From the NCBI GenBank assembly GCA_963793485.1, contig CAWCAB010000003.1:672139-736138 (forward strand): DNA of 64,000 bases, written 5' to 3'. The DNA is from an uncultured Bacteroidota bacterium. Lineage in GTDB: Bacteria > Bacteroidota > Bacteroidia > Bacteroidales > B18-G4. Under the pieces are notes generated by a model, which was not told the DNA's origin, made no database searches, and saw nothing but the letters and a program-made list of their open reading frames with translations. Shown here in pieces: positions 38,187-47,950 of this stretch. The translations under genes and the position numbers were made by a program. Numbering within the stretch: position 1 is the stretch's first letter; every line of letters starts with the position of its first letter.

Positions 38187-39479
38187 TTAGGGTGTATACA
38201 GAAAAGTTCCGTCCTTATCCAGCTTGTCAAGTTTTACCGGGATGATCTGGTTGATAAGCTTTTCATCATAGGGTGTTTTTACTTTCAGGTAATTGCCGGT
38301 AAATCCGTGCATCATACCATTGGAATTATCCGATTCGAACAGGACCGGCCTGGTACTGCCAATATTTTGCTCATAGAAAATGGCCTTTTTCCGGTCCGAT
38401 AATTCGTGCAGTACCCTGCTTCGCTCGCGTTTTTCCTTGTTATTCAATTTGCCAGCAAGATCGGCCGCTTTGGTTCCGGGGCGTTCGGAGTACGTGAAAA
38501 CATGCATGTAGGTGATGTCTGACTTCTCGAGAAAATCATAGGTGTCCTTGAAATCTTCATCTGTCTCCCCGGGAAAGCCTATGATCACATCAGCAGCGAT
38601 GCATGCATGGGGCATATGTTTCTTTATTTCCATTACCCTTTGGGCAAATACTTCACGCTTGTATTTTCGCTTCATGGCATCCAGCACCTTATCCGATCCC
38701 GATTGCAAGGGAATATGGAAGTGAGGCAGGAACTTTTCTGATGCTGCCATGAAAACAATCATTCTTTCATTCAGCAAATCAGGCTCAATGGATGATATTC
38801 TGATCCTGTCGATCCCCTCAACTTTATCTAATTCGTGGATCAGGTCATTAAATGTTTCTCCGAAGGGTTTTCCAAAATCACCTATATTCACTCCCGTAAG
38901 TATGATCTCACGCATATCAGTGGCAGCTATCTTCCTGACTGTTTTTATCGTATCTGAGATGGTGGCACTGCGGCTTCTTCCCCTGGCGAATGGGATAGTA
39001 CAGTAGGTGCAGAAATAATCACATCCGTCCTGGATTTTTACAAATGAGCGGGTGCGGTCGCCACTCGACCAGGATGGCGTAAATATTCCGGATTTGCTGA
39101 TATCCCCGACATAGCTGTGGCAGGCACCGGCATAGGCACTGTCGTTCAGGTAGTCTTTGAGCATGAACTTCTCCTCATTGCCGATCACCAGGTCAACCTC
39201 GTCCATCCCTGATATCTCCTCCTCCTTCATCTGCGAAAAACAACCGATCACAGCGACCCGGGCCTCAGGATTCCTGCGTTTCGCCTGCCTGATGGCAGCC
39301 TTGCACTTCTTCTCCGCATTACCCGTTACCACACAGGAGTTGATGACATACACATCCGCCTCTTCCTTATGCTCCACCACCTCATATCCTTCTTCCTTCA
39401 TCTGCCTGGCAATAGTCGATGACTCCGCAAAGTTGAGCTTGCAACCGAAGGTTTGAAATGCGATGCGCTTGTGAGCCAT
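38187..39479 (-). CDS. mtaB: tRNA t6A37 methylthiotransferase MtaB (MiaB-family radical SAM)
   Basis: 430 aa. N-domain FQTFGCKLNFAES, radical-SAM CDYFCTYC and a TRAM-like C-terminus. Size and N-terminus fit MtaB better than MiaB or RimO. Confidence 0.8.
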   Translation of the reverse strand: MAHKRIAFQTFGCKLNFAESSTIARQMKEEGYEVVEHKEEADVYVINSCVVTGNAEKKCKAAIRQAKRRNPEARVAVIGCFSQMKEEEISGMDEVDLVIGNEEKFMLKDYLNDSAYAGACHSYVGDISKSGIFTPSWSSGDRTRSFVKIQDGCDYFCTYCTIPFARGRSRSATISDTIKTVRKIAATDMREIILTGVNIGDFGKPFGETFNDLIHELDKVEGIDRIRISSIEPDLLNERMIVFMAASEKFLPHFHIPLQSGSDKVLDAMKRKYKREVFAQRVMEIKKHMPHACIAADVIIGFPGETDEDFKDTYDFLEKSDITYMHVFTYSERPGTKAADLAGKLNNKEKRERSRVLHELSDRKKAIFYEQNIGSTRPVLFESDNSNGMMHGFTGNYLKVKTPYDEKLINQIIPVKLDKLDKDGTFLYTP

Positions 39480-39500
39480 TTTGCAAAGATAATCCTTTAA

Positions 39501-39530
39501 GTGTTGGGGCCCTCGACTTCGCTCGGGACA
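39501..39530. repeat. REP-like element GTGTTGGGGCCCTCGACTTCGCTCGGGACA
   Basis: Second copy of 11683-11711. The only difference is GGGCCCC versus GGGGCCC. Confidence 0.7.
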
Positions 39531-39602
39531 GAATGTTGAATGTTGAATGTTGGGTTATTGCAGATTTTCAATTTCAGAATTCAGATTTCAAGTATCAGAT
39601 TT
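39531..39602. repeat. heptamer array
   Basis: GAATGTT x3 GGGTTAT .. CAGATTT TCAATTT CAGAATT CAGATTT CAAGTAT CAGATTT. Confidence 0.8.
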
Positions 39603-39667
39603 TTATATTCCCCGGTGCCTTGGTGGCTGTTGTAATTCAAAAGAATTCGAGAACATAACCCCTTGCT

Positions 39668-39778
39668 GAGTAACGAGTAACGAGTAATGAATAACGAGGA
39701 AAGAAAACAGATTATGGCAAAAGGCATATGGAAAAAGGTATTTAACTCAACACTCAACACCCAACACTCAACACTATT
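39668..39778. repeat. two heptamer arrays
   Basis: GAGTAAC GAGTAAC GAGTAAT GAATAAC GAGGAAA at 39668-39702. AACTCAA CACTCAA CACCCAA CACTCAA CACTATT at 39744-39778, which contains the EamA stop. Confidence 0.8.
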
Positions 39779-40649
39779 TTACGAGCCTCTGAAGAATGAT
39801 CCCACCAACAATTAAGGCCAGTCCCGCTATGGTATAGAGATGGATCGTTTCGCCTACGGCGATAGAAACGAACATCAATGATAAGAATGGAGAAATGTAC
39901 ACCAGGTTGCTGACCTTGGCTGTGGTGCTGGATAGTTGTAATGCTTTCAGCCAGAGTACATAGGTGAGTCCCATTTCGAAAATACCAACATAAAGGCTGC
40001 CTCCGCATCCTTCCAGGGTGAAATTGATCTCTTCTCTTGTTACCATTACATAGATCAGGACGTAAGAGAAACCAAAAACAAAATTCAACAATAATTTGGA
40101 TACTTCTTCACGCTTGTCTTTAATGTTCATCAGCCAGTATGATGCCCAGAAAACAGAGCTTATGAGAGCAAAGAAGATGCCTCGCGGACTGGATAACTCT
40201 ACATCCCCGAATGAGCCCTTGTTGATGATCACCAGCATCCCTGCAAAGCTGATCATGATGGCGACGATACTCAGTAAACTGATCCGTTGCTTTAAAACCG
40301 GAATGGAAAGTAGGACAAGCGTTACAGGCCATATATAATTGAGTGCAACCGCTTCCTGGGCCAGGAGAAGGTCATAAGCCTCGAATAGTATGATATAGTA
40401 GGCAAATGGATTAAGCAAACCCATGATGGCGGAGTTCATCCATTCCCTTTTACTGATCCTGAAGCTTATGATCAGTTTTCCTTCTAAGGTTTTCCATAAT
40501 GCCAGGAAAAGCAGTGAAAAGAAGGAGGCAAAAAGCAGTAGCTGGGCAGAGGAAGTATATTCCAGCGTCAGCTTGAATGCCGATCCGGCAGTGGACCAGA
40601 ACATTATAGCTAGTATGGCCAGCAGATATGCTTTTTGTTGCCTGACCAT
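39774..40649 (-). CDS. EamA/DMT-family transporter
   Basis: 291 aa with about 10 TM in two EamA-like halves. The start overlaps the upstream stop by 1 nt (TAATG). Confidence 0.8.
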   Translation of the reverse strand: MVRQQKAYLLAILAIMFWSTAGSAFKLTLEYTSSAQLLLFASFFSLLFLALWKTLEGKLIISFRISKREWMNSAIMGLLNPFAYYIILFEAYDLLLAQEAVALNYIWPVTLVLLSIPVLKQRISLLSIVAIMISFAGMLVIINKGSFGDVELSSPRGIFFALISSVFWASYWLMNIKDKREEVSKLLLNFVFGFSYVLIYVMVTREEINFTLEGCGGSLYVGIFEMGLTYVLWLKALQLSSTTAKVSNLVYISPFLSLMFVSIAVGETIHLYTIAGLALIVGGIILQRLVK

Positions 40650-42193
40650 TATTCAGGTACGGCCCAGGCCGGAAATTCGTTGAGGTTAATATCGAAAATA
40701 GCTGTAGCTATATAGTAGGTAGCAAAGGTGATCACCAGGGCACCAATGATGTTCAGGATAAGACCGGTCCTCGCCATATCTATCATTTTGATCCTGTTGG
40801 TGCCGAAGATAATGGCATTGGGCGGCGTAGCCACCGGCAGCATGAAGGCCATAGATGCCGAAAGTGTGGCAGGCAGCATCAGCAAGAGGGGATTGATATT
40901 GCTCGTCATGGCAATTCCGGCTAAAACCGGCAACAGCATCTCGGTGGTTGCAGTGTTACTTGTTAACTCGGTGAGGAAAGTCATCATCAGGCAAACAGAC
41001 AGGATAATCACTATTGGATGTGCTGTAGAGATAAAACTCAACTGCTGTCCAAACCACATGGATAATCCGGAGTCTTTAAATCCGCTGGCGAGGGCAAATC
41101 CTCCCCCGAAAAGCAGTACAATGTTCCACGGAAGGCCGGTAGCCGTTTTCCAGTCCATGAGTTTTATGGCCCGGTTTCCTTTTGAAGGAATAATGAATAG
41201 TATAATAGCATAAAATATAGCCACAGTGCCGTCATTGATATATGAAGGATTCCCGAAGAGGTCGGCCCAGCCGGGGATGCTAATGCTACCGAAATCCAGT
41301 CCTGACCGTGTTAGCCATGTAATGGCCAGCAAAGTGAAAATGATCAATACTGCTTTTTCTTCAAAGGAAGTTTTGCCCAGAGCCCTGTATTGTTCCCTGA
41401 ATGTATCGTGGCTCAGGCGGGGCCATGTTTTACGGCGGGGACCGAAGATGGAGTGAAGATATAGCCAGACAAAGAAGAAGAAAAATGTGCTTACGGGCAG
41501 GGCAAAAAGGAACCATTGGGTGAAACTGATCTCAGGAGCAGCAGGAAAATATATCTGGAAGATCCTGGCAAAGGATAGGTTGGGTGGTGTGCCGACCAAT
41601 GTAGCAATACCACCTATTGAGGCACTGTAGGCAATCCCCAAAAGCAGGCCGGTGGCATATTTTCCCACTTCTGCCTTACCGATGCTTTCTTCCAGCTTAT
41701 CAATCACAGAGATCACAATGGGGATCATCATCATGGCAGTGGCCGTATTCGAGATCCACATCGAAAGGAAGGCTGTGGAAAACATGAATCCCAGGAGGAT
41801 ACGGGCCGGACTTACTCCGGTAAACATGAGTATTTTTAGCGCAATCCTTTTATGCAGGTTCCACTTTTGCATGGCCAGGGCCACGATAAATCCACCGATA
41901 AATAAAAATATTACATGATTGAAGTAGGTCCCCGATACATCTTTCCCGTCCATGATCCCCAGTAAAGGGAAAAGGGCAACAGGTATCAGCGATGTGACGG
42001 CAAGAGGAAGTGCTTCGGTGACCCACCATATGGCCATGAGCAGTGCTACTGCCAGGGTGGCACTGACGGCGGGTTGTTCAGGATCCAGATTTGTAAAGAA
42101 CAAAATGTAGATGAATAGCAGCGGTCCTGCAATCAGCCCGATTGCTTTTAGCCTGGACGGTTTTTGTTCTGAATTCATTGAAAATCCTGTCAT
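40649..42193 (-). CDS. DASS/SLC13-family Na+-coupled anion (di/tricarboxylate or sulfate) symporter
   Basis: 514 aa and polytopic. Two SNT hairpin motifs (WISNTATAMMM; LTSNTATTEMLLP). Confidence 0.85.
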   Translation of the reverse strand: MTGFSMNSEQKPSRLKAIGLIAGPLLFIYILFFTNLDPEQPAVSATLAVALLMAIWWVTEALPLAVTSLIPVALFPLLGIMDGKDVSGTYFNHVIFLFIGGFIVALAMQKWNLHKRIALKILMFTGVSPARILLGFMFSTAFLSMWISNTATAMMMIPIVISVIDKLEESIGKAEVGKYATGLLLGIAYSASIGGIATLVGTPPNLSFARIFQIYFPAAPEISFTQWFLFALPVSTFFFFFVWLYLHSIFGPRRKTWPRLSHDTFREQYRALGKTSFEEKAVLIIFTLLAITWLTRSGLDFGSISIPGWADLFGNPSYINDGTVAIFYAIILFIIPSKGNRAIKLMDWKTATGLPWNIVLLFGGGFALASGFKDSGLSMWFGQQLSFISTAHPIVIILSVCLMMTFLTELTSNTATTEMLLPVLAGIAMTSNINPLLLMLPATLSASMAFMLPVATPPNAIIFGTNRIKMIDMARTGLILNIIGALVITFATYYIATAIFDINLNEFPAWAVPE

Positions 42194-42301
42194 GCAATGG
42201 CTTTGTATGGCGAATATAAGCTATTATTAAAAATTTAACAATAAGGTGCATCTATATATGTTATAATTTTATAGTTTTACATCCCATCAAAAACTAAGGA
42301 T

Positions 42302-43246
42302 ATGAAAAGGTTAGCAGTAGTCGCATTTGGCGGTAATGCCTTGTTAAAAGCCGGTGAAGAAGGCACTATTGAACAGCAGGAAGGCAATGCCCGTTATACC
42401 AGTGAGCGCCTCCTTTTATTGCTTCAGAATAATTATAACCTGGTTATTACCCATGGCAATGGGCCACAGGTGGGTAATATACTTCTGGCAAACAATGCCG
42501 GCCACAAGCTTATGGGCATGCCCGAAATGCCACTTGACATTTGTGTAGCCTACTCACAGGGTTTTATAGGTTATATGATTGAACAGCAGCTGAGGAATGT
42601 TCTGCGTGCTCATGAAATGGATCGCGATATCATATCTATCATTACCCAGGTGCTGGTGACCAAGGATGATCCTGCCTTTAAAAATCCAACCAAGCCCATC
42701 GGACCTTACTATACTAAGGAGGAGATGGAGAAGATCAGCGAGATCACGAACTCGAAATTTGCCGAGGATCCGCAGGGGAGGGGATACCGTAAGGTTGTGG
42801 CTTCTCCAAAACCACTGGTGATCTCCAATGTGGATACCATCCGTAAGATCTCGCGCGAAGGCCAGATCGTGATTGCAGTGGGTGGTGGTGGAATCCCTGC
42901 CTATTATGCCGCAGAGAATGAACTGAGAGGAATCGATGCAGTGATCGACAAGGATCTTGCATCAGCACTGCTTGCTTCACAGATCAATGCCGATAAATTC
43001 TTTATCCTTACCGATGTATCTAAGGTTTATCTGAATTTCAATACACCTCAACAAAAAGCCATCGACCGCATGTCGGTTGCTGAAGCACGCAGGTATCTTG
43101 AAGAAGGCCAGTTCACCGAAGGCAGCATGGCACCAAAGGTTCGTGCAGCAATACACTTCGTGGAACATACCGGGAAAGACACCATCATTACAAGTGCTGA
43201 TAAGCTGGGCGTAGATCTTGGTGGAACCAGGGTTGCCATAGTGTAG
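42302..43246 (+). CDS. arcC: carbamate kinase
   Basis: 314 aa with motifs AVVAFGGNALL, ITHGNGPQVG and VGGGGIP. Confidence 0.9.
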   Translation: MKRLAVVAFGGNALLKAGEEGTIEQQEGNARYTSERLLLLLQNNYNLVITHGNGPQVGNILLANNAGHKLMGMPEMPLDICVAYSQGFIGYMIEQQLRNVLRAHEMDRDIISIITQVLVTKDDPAFKNPTKPIGPYYTKEEMEKISEITNSKFAEDPQGRGYRKVVASPKPLVISNVDTIRKISREGQIVIAVGGGGIPAYYAAENELRGIDAVIDKDLASALLASQINADKFFILTDVSKVYLNFNTPQQKAIDRMSVAEARRYLEEGQFTEGSMAPKVRAAIHFVEHTGKDTIITSADKLGVDLGGTRVAIV

Positions 43247-43268
43247 GTCCTAAAGTTATTCCAACTTT

Positions 43269-43322
43269 AGGCATTCTAGGCACTTTAGGCACTCTAGGCA
43301 CTTTAGGCACTCTAGGCACTTT
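43269..43322. repeat. 9-nt tandem array (AGGCACTYT family), 6 units
   Basis: AGGCATTCT AGGCACTTT AGGCACTCT AGGCACTTT AGGCACTCT AGGCACTTT. Confidence 0.9.
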
Positions 43323-44055
43323 TATTCTTCAGGTTTCAGGCTCTCCACAGTAAAGATATCATCCGATAATCCCTGATCGAAAACCACATCCATTAACTGG
43401 ATCTTTGTAGAGTGTTGCTTCTTAATATTGGTCATGACCACTTCTTTGGCATTCCAATAGCTTCCGATCTTTTCGTACTGGTAGGTGGCTTCTTTGAACA
43501 TCTTGTCACCCTTATCAAAGTATTCCATCTTGATCGGGTAATAATTGGTCTTGTCCTGGGTTACGATCACCTTGCTGTAGCTCGATTTGTCTCCCCTTGG
43601 AGTCAATTCCAGGATGAATGCTTCATCGGTGGTTTCTACCAACCTGGGATAAGAACCTTTCCGACCAGGGCTCGGTGGCCATGTCTTCATACGAAAAATC
43701 GGTCCCGGTAAAGGCCTGGCTTTTGGCCAGAAGGGTTACCTTCTTTGGGTTCCCGAAGGCAGGCATGTATAACCACATCACCCCATCAGGGAGGAAAGCG
43801 TAGCAATGCCGGCCTGCTTTTCAGGCTTGGTATATCTGTATAATTTTTTATCCCTGTCCTTTCTGGAACATTTCTGCCTCGCGCACCTTTTCTTCCCCAT
43901 CTTTATCAACCAGGATTATGGCAACCTTTGCCCTGTTTGTCTTTTGGGGAGAACATGATGTTATCAAGCTTTGCTAAAAGTCCATGAGCATCCTGCGCCT
44001 GTAATGAGGAACTTATAAATATCGATGCAAATATTATCAGAAAGTATTTTTTCAT
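43322..44055 (-). pseudogene. outer-membrane lipoprotein-sorting (LolA-like) protein, disrupted by about 4 frameshifts
   Basis: Hand translation from ATG (44053-44055). MKKYFLIIFASIFISSSLQAQ..MFSPKDKQGK, then VAIILVDKDGEEKVREAEMFQKGQ, then DKKLYRYTKPEKQAGIATLS, then PDGVMWLYMPAFGNPKKVTLLAKSQAFTGTDFSYEDMATEPW, then the 43322-43690 ORF (..YPRLVETTDEAFILEL..). These lie in frames 1>2>3>2>3. Confidence 0.7.
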
Positions 44056-44075
44056 AACTAGATTTCGTTCTTCGT

Positions 44076-46340
44076 TTATTGGTTTTTGTTCTTCGATTTT
44101 CTTAACATTCTTCTGTTATCCAGGATGAGGATCACCGGTAATAATGTGAGTGAACCTACCCCTGAACCGATCATGCTTAATGCCACCAGGAATCCGAAGT
44201 ATTGCAGCGGCACCATCTCGGAGAACAGGAGAACCAGGAATCCTGCCGACACTGAGATCACATTGATCACGATCGCCTTACCACTGACCAGAATAGTTTC
44301 TTCAAGAGCATGGCTGATGTCGTCCTCATGGGTTTTCATCAGGTGCTTGACATTGCTGATCACATGAATTGAATAATCAATTCCTATGCCAAGTGCGACA
44401 CTGGCCACCAAAACCGTAGCAATATTTAACGGAATACCTGAAAATCCCATAACCCCAAATAGTATCACAATGGCAGCAATAATAGGGATTGTAGCAAAGA
44501 AACCTGTCTTCAGGGAGCGCAGGATAAGTCCCACAATAATAATTACCATGATGATGGCAATGCTGAGGCTGCCAAACTGGCTTCTGATCAAACTTCTGTC
44601 CATGGTTACATCAACAAAGGGCATACCTGTGATCTGTATTACACAGTCTTCATAAGACTTATCACTGATGAATTTATTCATGTATTTTGCAAATTTGATC
44701 TTAGCCTTATTATCCGGCGACATGAATTTAGAGATGATTATAGCTTCGGTCAGGTCTTCATTCACATATGTTTTAAGGATATCATTACCCTCGAGCGTGA
44801 ATGCCCAGAGCTGCTCTATCATATCTTTATCCGGAGGGATCCTTCTGACGCCTTCTCCCATGCCATAGTTTACTTCCATTACCAGGTTAGCTACTGAGTT
44901 TGTGGTAAACACATCAGGACTGGCTTTCATATAGTCCGATGTCTCGACGATCATATTCAGTACTTCAGGACTCTGAACATCACCTTTGAAAAGCACAAAA
45001 ATGGGCTTGGATCCTCCGAATTTGTTGATCATGATGTTTTCTGCCGTTCTGGCGTGATTACCTTTCTTAAAGTAGTCCTGTATGTCAACGCTGCGTTGGA
45101 TAAGAAAGATACCAACGATACTGATCAGGATCAGGGTGATCCAGGTGGTGAGGATATATTTTGGATGGTTGACCAGGGTGTTTTTTAAGGGGGCCAGAAA
45201 ATATCTTTGTAATCTCGACAATTCATGCTGGGTCTTACCATTAGCCGGTTTTTTCTTATAAATTGAAAATGCAGCTATTAAAGCAGGGCTGAAGAACAGG
45301 GAAAGAAGTGCTGCAAAGACGGTTCCGAGCGATGTAAAAATCCCGAAGTCCCGGATCATCTCCAGGTAAGCACCGAAAATGAAAGACATAAATCCTATAG
45401 CTGTTGTGATGGCTGCCAGGATGATCGGAATGAAAATATATATCATGGCCTTCAGAAGTGCTTTTCTTCTGTCAGTATCTTTCATCTGGTTGATCCTGTT
45501 CAGTACATGTATAGTATATGCACTGCCAACTGCCAAAAGTATGATTGGCAGATTGTTTGAGATCATCGACATTTTATAACCAAAAAGTGCCATCAGCCCC
45601 ATTGTCCATACAATGGCTATTGCTACTGTTATAAGTGGTAGAACCACACCCCTGACTGTCTTGAAGGATAAGGCCAGGATGATCGCGATCACGAGAAAAG
45701 CGATTGGCATCAGCAGCAAGAGGTCATTTCGGATCAAATCAGAGATTGCTGTAACCATCATGGGAGAGCCCGCATAATACAGGGTTTCGGGTAGCTGTAA
45801 ATCTGCTGTTTTTTGAATCACAGCTTTGGCCACCATCTCCACGTCAGCATCCTCTGCGAGGGAGAATACTATCAGAGTGGCTGTACCATCTTCCGAAACG
45901 ATGCTCCCCTTATACATCTCCTTGGCATTGACCCTCTCACGCAGTTCTTCCAGTTCCCATTCCTCATCGGGCAGGTCGTATGGATCAACCAGCGTGCCAA
46001 TCCCCAGTTCATTGATATCTATAATATTTGTCAGGCTGCTCACCATCATCACTCCCTCGATCTCTTTGATCGTATCGGTGATCTGTTGAACATGCAACAG
46101 GATCTCGTTTTGGAAAATGTCATCAGCTTCAAGGATCACCATCCCCATCTTGTTGCTTCCAAATTCGGTAGCAATCTCTTTAAGTAAGGCTGCATCAGGA
46201 TCATCATCCGGCAGTGAACTGATCACATCGGAATTGATTTGCATTTTAGTGATCTGGTACCCTGTAAAGGCTGTGAATAGAATGACCATGATAATGATCA
46301 CCCATCTGTACCTGAGTATTGATTTGGCCAGCTTGTTCAT
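44076..46340 (-). CDS. MMPL/SSD-type RND superfamily exporter
   Basis: 754 aa. Two 6-TM bundles, each preceded by a large soluble loop, which is the typical COG1033-like architecture. It sits upstream of the LolA-like gene. Confidence 0.8.
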   Translation of the reverse strand: MNKLAKSILRYRWVIIIMVILFTAFTGYQITKMQINSDVISSLPDDDPDAALLKEIATEFGSNKMGMVILEADDIFQNEILLHVQQITDTIKEIEGVMMVSSLTNIIDINELGIGTLVDPYDLPDEEWELEELRERVNAKEMYKGSIVSEDGTATLIVFSLAEDADVEMVAKAVIQKTADLQLPETLYYAGSPMMVTAISDLIRNDLLLLMPIAFLVIAIILALSFKTVRGVVLPLITVAIAIVWTMGLMALFGYKMSMISNNLPIILLAVGSAYTIHVLNRINQMKDTDRRKALLKAMIYIFIPIILAAITTAIGFMSFIFGAYLEMIRDFGIFTSLGTVFAALLSLFFSPALIAAFSIYKKKPANGKTQHELSRLQRYFLAPLKNTLVNHPKYILTTWITLILISIVGIFLIQRSVDIQDYFKKGNHARTAENIMINKFGGSKPIFVLFKGDVQSPEVLNMIVETSDYMKASPDVFTTNSVANLVMEVNYGMGEGVRRIPPDKDMIEQLWAFTLEGNDILKTYVNEDLTEAIIISKFMSPDNKAKIKFAKYMNKFISDKSYEDCVIQITGMPFVDVTMDRSLIRSQFGSLSIAIIMVIIIVGLILRSLKTGFFATIPIIAAIVILFGVMGFSGIPLNIATVLVASVALGIGIDYSIHVISNVKHLMKTHEDDISHALEETILVSGKAIVINVISVSAGFLVLLFSEMVPLQYFGFLVALSMIGSGVGSLTLLPVILILDNRRMLRKSKNKNQ

Positions 46341-46346
46341 AAAATA

Positions 46347-46967
46347 CTAATGGGTTTTTACGAAAAAGGCAACCTTTTCCAGGGAAGTGATCATATCATA
46401 TTCTTCCAGGTAAACCTCTTTTGGTACATTAACCGGTTTAGGTGTATAGTTCAGGATGCCTTTAATGCGGGCTTTTACCAGCATTTCAGCGATGGCGGGG
46501 GCATCTTCTCCGGGGACTGTCATAATCCCGATCTGGATATTCTTTTCCTTGATAACCCTGGCCATATCTTTGATAGCAAAACATTCAATGCCATGATATT
46601 TCTTTCCTATTTTACTTATATCAACGTCGAATACTGCCACAATAGACAGCTTGGTGCGCTTTCCGCTGAAGTAATTTGTGATCGCACGTCCCAGGTTTCC
46701 AATCCCGATTACACACACATTGATTCCCTCATCACTGTCGATGATTTCCCCGATCAGGTCGATAAGTTCTTTTACATTATATCCTTTGCGAAGGGTGCCG
46801 GTGTATCCGATCAGCATAATGTCGCGCCTTACCTGAACTGCTGTAATGTGCTGAATTGTAGCTATTTCATGTGAGTATATATGCGTCATACCCTTGGCAT
46901 GGCAAAGCAGTAAAGCCCTTCGGTACTGGCTTAACCTTTCAATAGTTTTGTGAGGTAGATGTTTCAT
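46347..46967 (-). CDS. rex: redox-sensing transcriptional repressor Rex
   Basis: 206 aa. Winged-helix N-domain (TIERLSQYRRAL..VQVRRDI) plus a Rossmann fold (VCVIGIGNLGRAITNY). Confidence 0.85.
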   Translation of the reverse strand: MKHLPHKTIERLSQYRRALLLCHAKGMTHIYSHEIATIQHITAVQVRRDIMLIGYTGTLRKGYNVKELIDLIGEIIDSDEGINVCVIGIGNLGRAITNYFSGKRTKLSIVAVFDVDISKIGKKYHGIECFAIKDMARVIKEKNIQIGIMTVPGEDAPAIAEMLVKARIKGILNYTPKPVNVPKEVYLEEYDMITSLEKVAFFVKTH

Positions 46968-46982
46968 AAGGTGTCCTGATTG

Positions 46983-47000
46983 TTGTTAAACCTCTAACAA
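46983..47000. promoter_or_regulatory. candidate Rex operator 1
   Basis: TTGTTAAACCTCTAACAA has half-sites TTGTTA(A/G) with a 4-nt spacer. It lies 16 nt upstream of the rex start. Confidence 0.4.
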
Positions 47001-47040
47001 TGCAAAAATATATGGCTGTACCTTATTATGCAAGAAAAAA

Positions 47041-47056
47041 TGTTAATTATTTCACA
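47041..47056. promoter_or_regulatory. candidate Rex operator 2
   Basis: TGTTAATTATTTCACA compared with the established TGTGAA-N4-TTCACA shows one mismatch. Confidence 0.45.
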
Positions 47057-47066
47057 ATGTTAATAA

Positions 47067-47918
47067 TTAACACTCCCTCAGCCAGGAGTACCAGGCATCC
47101 ATACCTTCGCCGCTCTTTGCTGAGAGTTCAAAAAATTTCAGGTGGTGATTCACCCTCAGGGCGTATTCACGTGCCTTTTTCACGTCGAAATCCACATAGG
47201 GGAGGAGATCGGTTTTATTGATAACGCAAATATCCGAAGTACGGAACATATCAGGATATTTGATAGGCTTGTCGTCGCCCTCTGTTACACTGATGACCAC
47301 TACGCGATGGGATTCTCCCAGGTCGAACATTGATGGGCATACCAGGTTCCCTACATTCTCGATCACCAGGATAGAATCATCTTTGATTTCCAGTTCTTTC
47401 ATGGCCCTGTTCACCATAGAAGCATCGAGGTGGCAACCGCTGCCGGTATTCACCTGTACCACAGGAGCTCCTGTAGCCTCTATGCGCTCTGCGTCATTCA
47501 GAGTTTGCTGGTCTCCCTCAATGATGAAGAAGGGTAGTTCCCCTTTGAGATCGGTCAGCGTTTTTTCCAGGAGGGTGGTCTTGCCCGATCCCGGTGAGCT
47601 GACCAGGTTGATGGCTGTTACGTTTTTTCCTTCAAAGAAGCCCCTGTTCCTTTCTGCCAGCAGCTTGTTTTTATGAAGGATATCCTGCTCCAGGATAACT
47701 TCCTTATCATGCTCATGATGATGGTGATGTTCGCCGTGGTCATGATCATGGTGGTGATGCTTATCGCCATCACTGTGGCTGTGAGTATGAGAATGGGTGT
47801 GGGAATGTTTTTCCCCATCATGCTCATGCTCATGATTGTGAATATGATCGTGTTGTTGTTCTTCTCCGGGCCTGGTGATCTTTACCCCATCATCTCCGCA
47901 TCCGCAAGTTCCGCACAT
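47067..47918 (-). CDS. hypB: hydrogenase nickel incorporation GTPase HypB
   Basis: 283 aa. MCGTCGCG N-terminus, long His-rich tract, P-loop SPGSGKTTLL and ENVGNLVCP. Confidence 0.95.
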   Translation of the reverse strand: MCGTCGCGDDGVKITRPGEEQQHDHIHNHEHEHDGEKHSHTHSHTHSHSDGDKHHHHDHDHGEHHHHHEHDKEVILEQDILHKNKLLAERNRGFFEGKNVTAINLVSSPGSGKTTLLEKTLTDLKGELPFFIIEGDQQTLNDAERIEATGAPVVQVNTGSGCHLDASMVNRAMKELEIKDDSILVIENVGNLVCPSMFDLGESHRVVVISVTEGDDKPIKYPDMFRTSDICVINKTDLLPYVDFDVKKAREYALRVNHHLKFFELSAKSGEGMDAWYSWLREC

Positions 47919-47950
47919 AATGATATTACTTTTAGTTAGTGTTATTTTAA

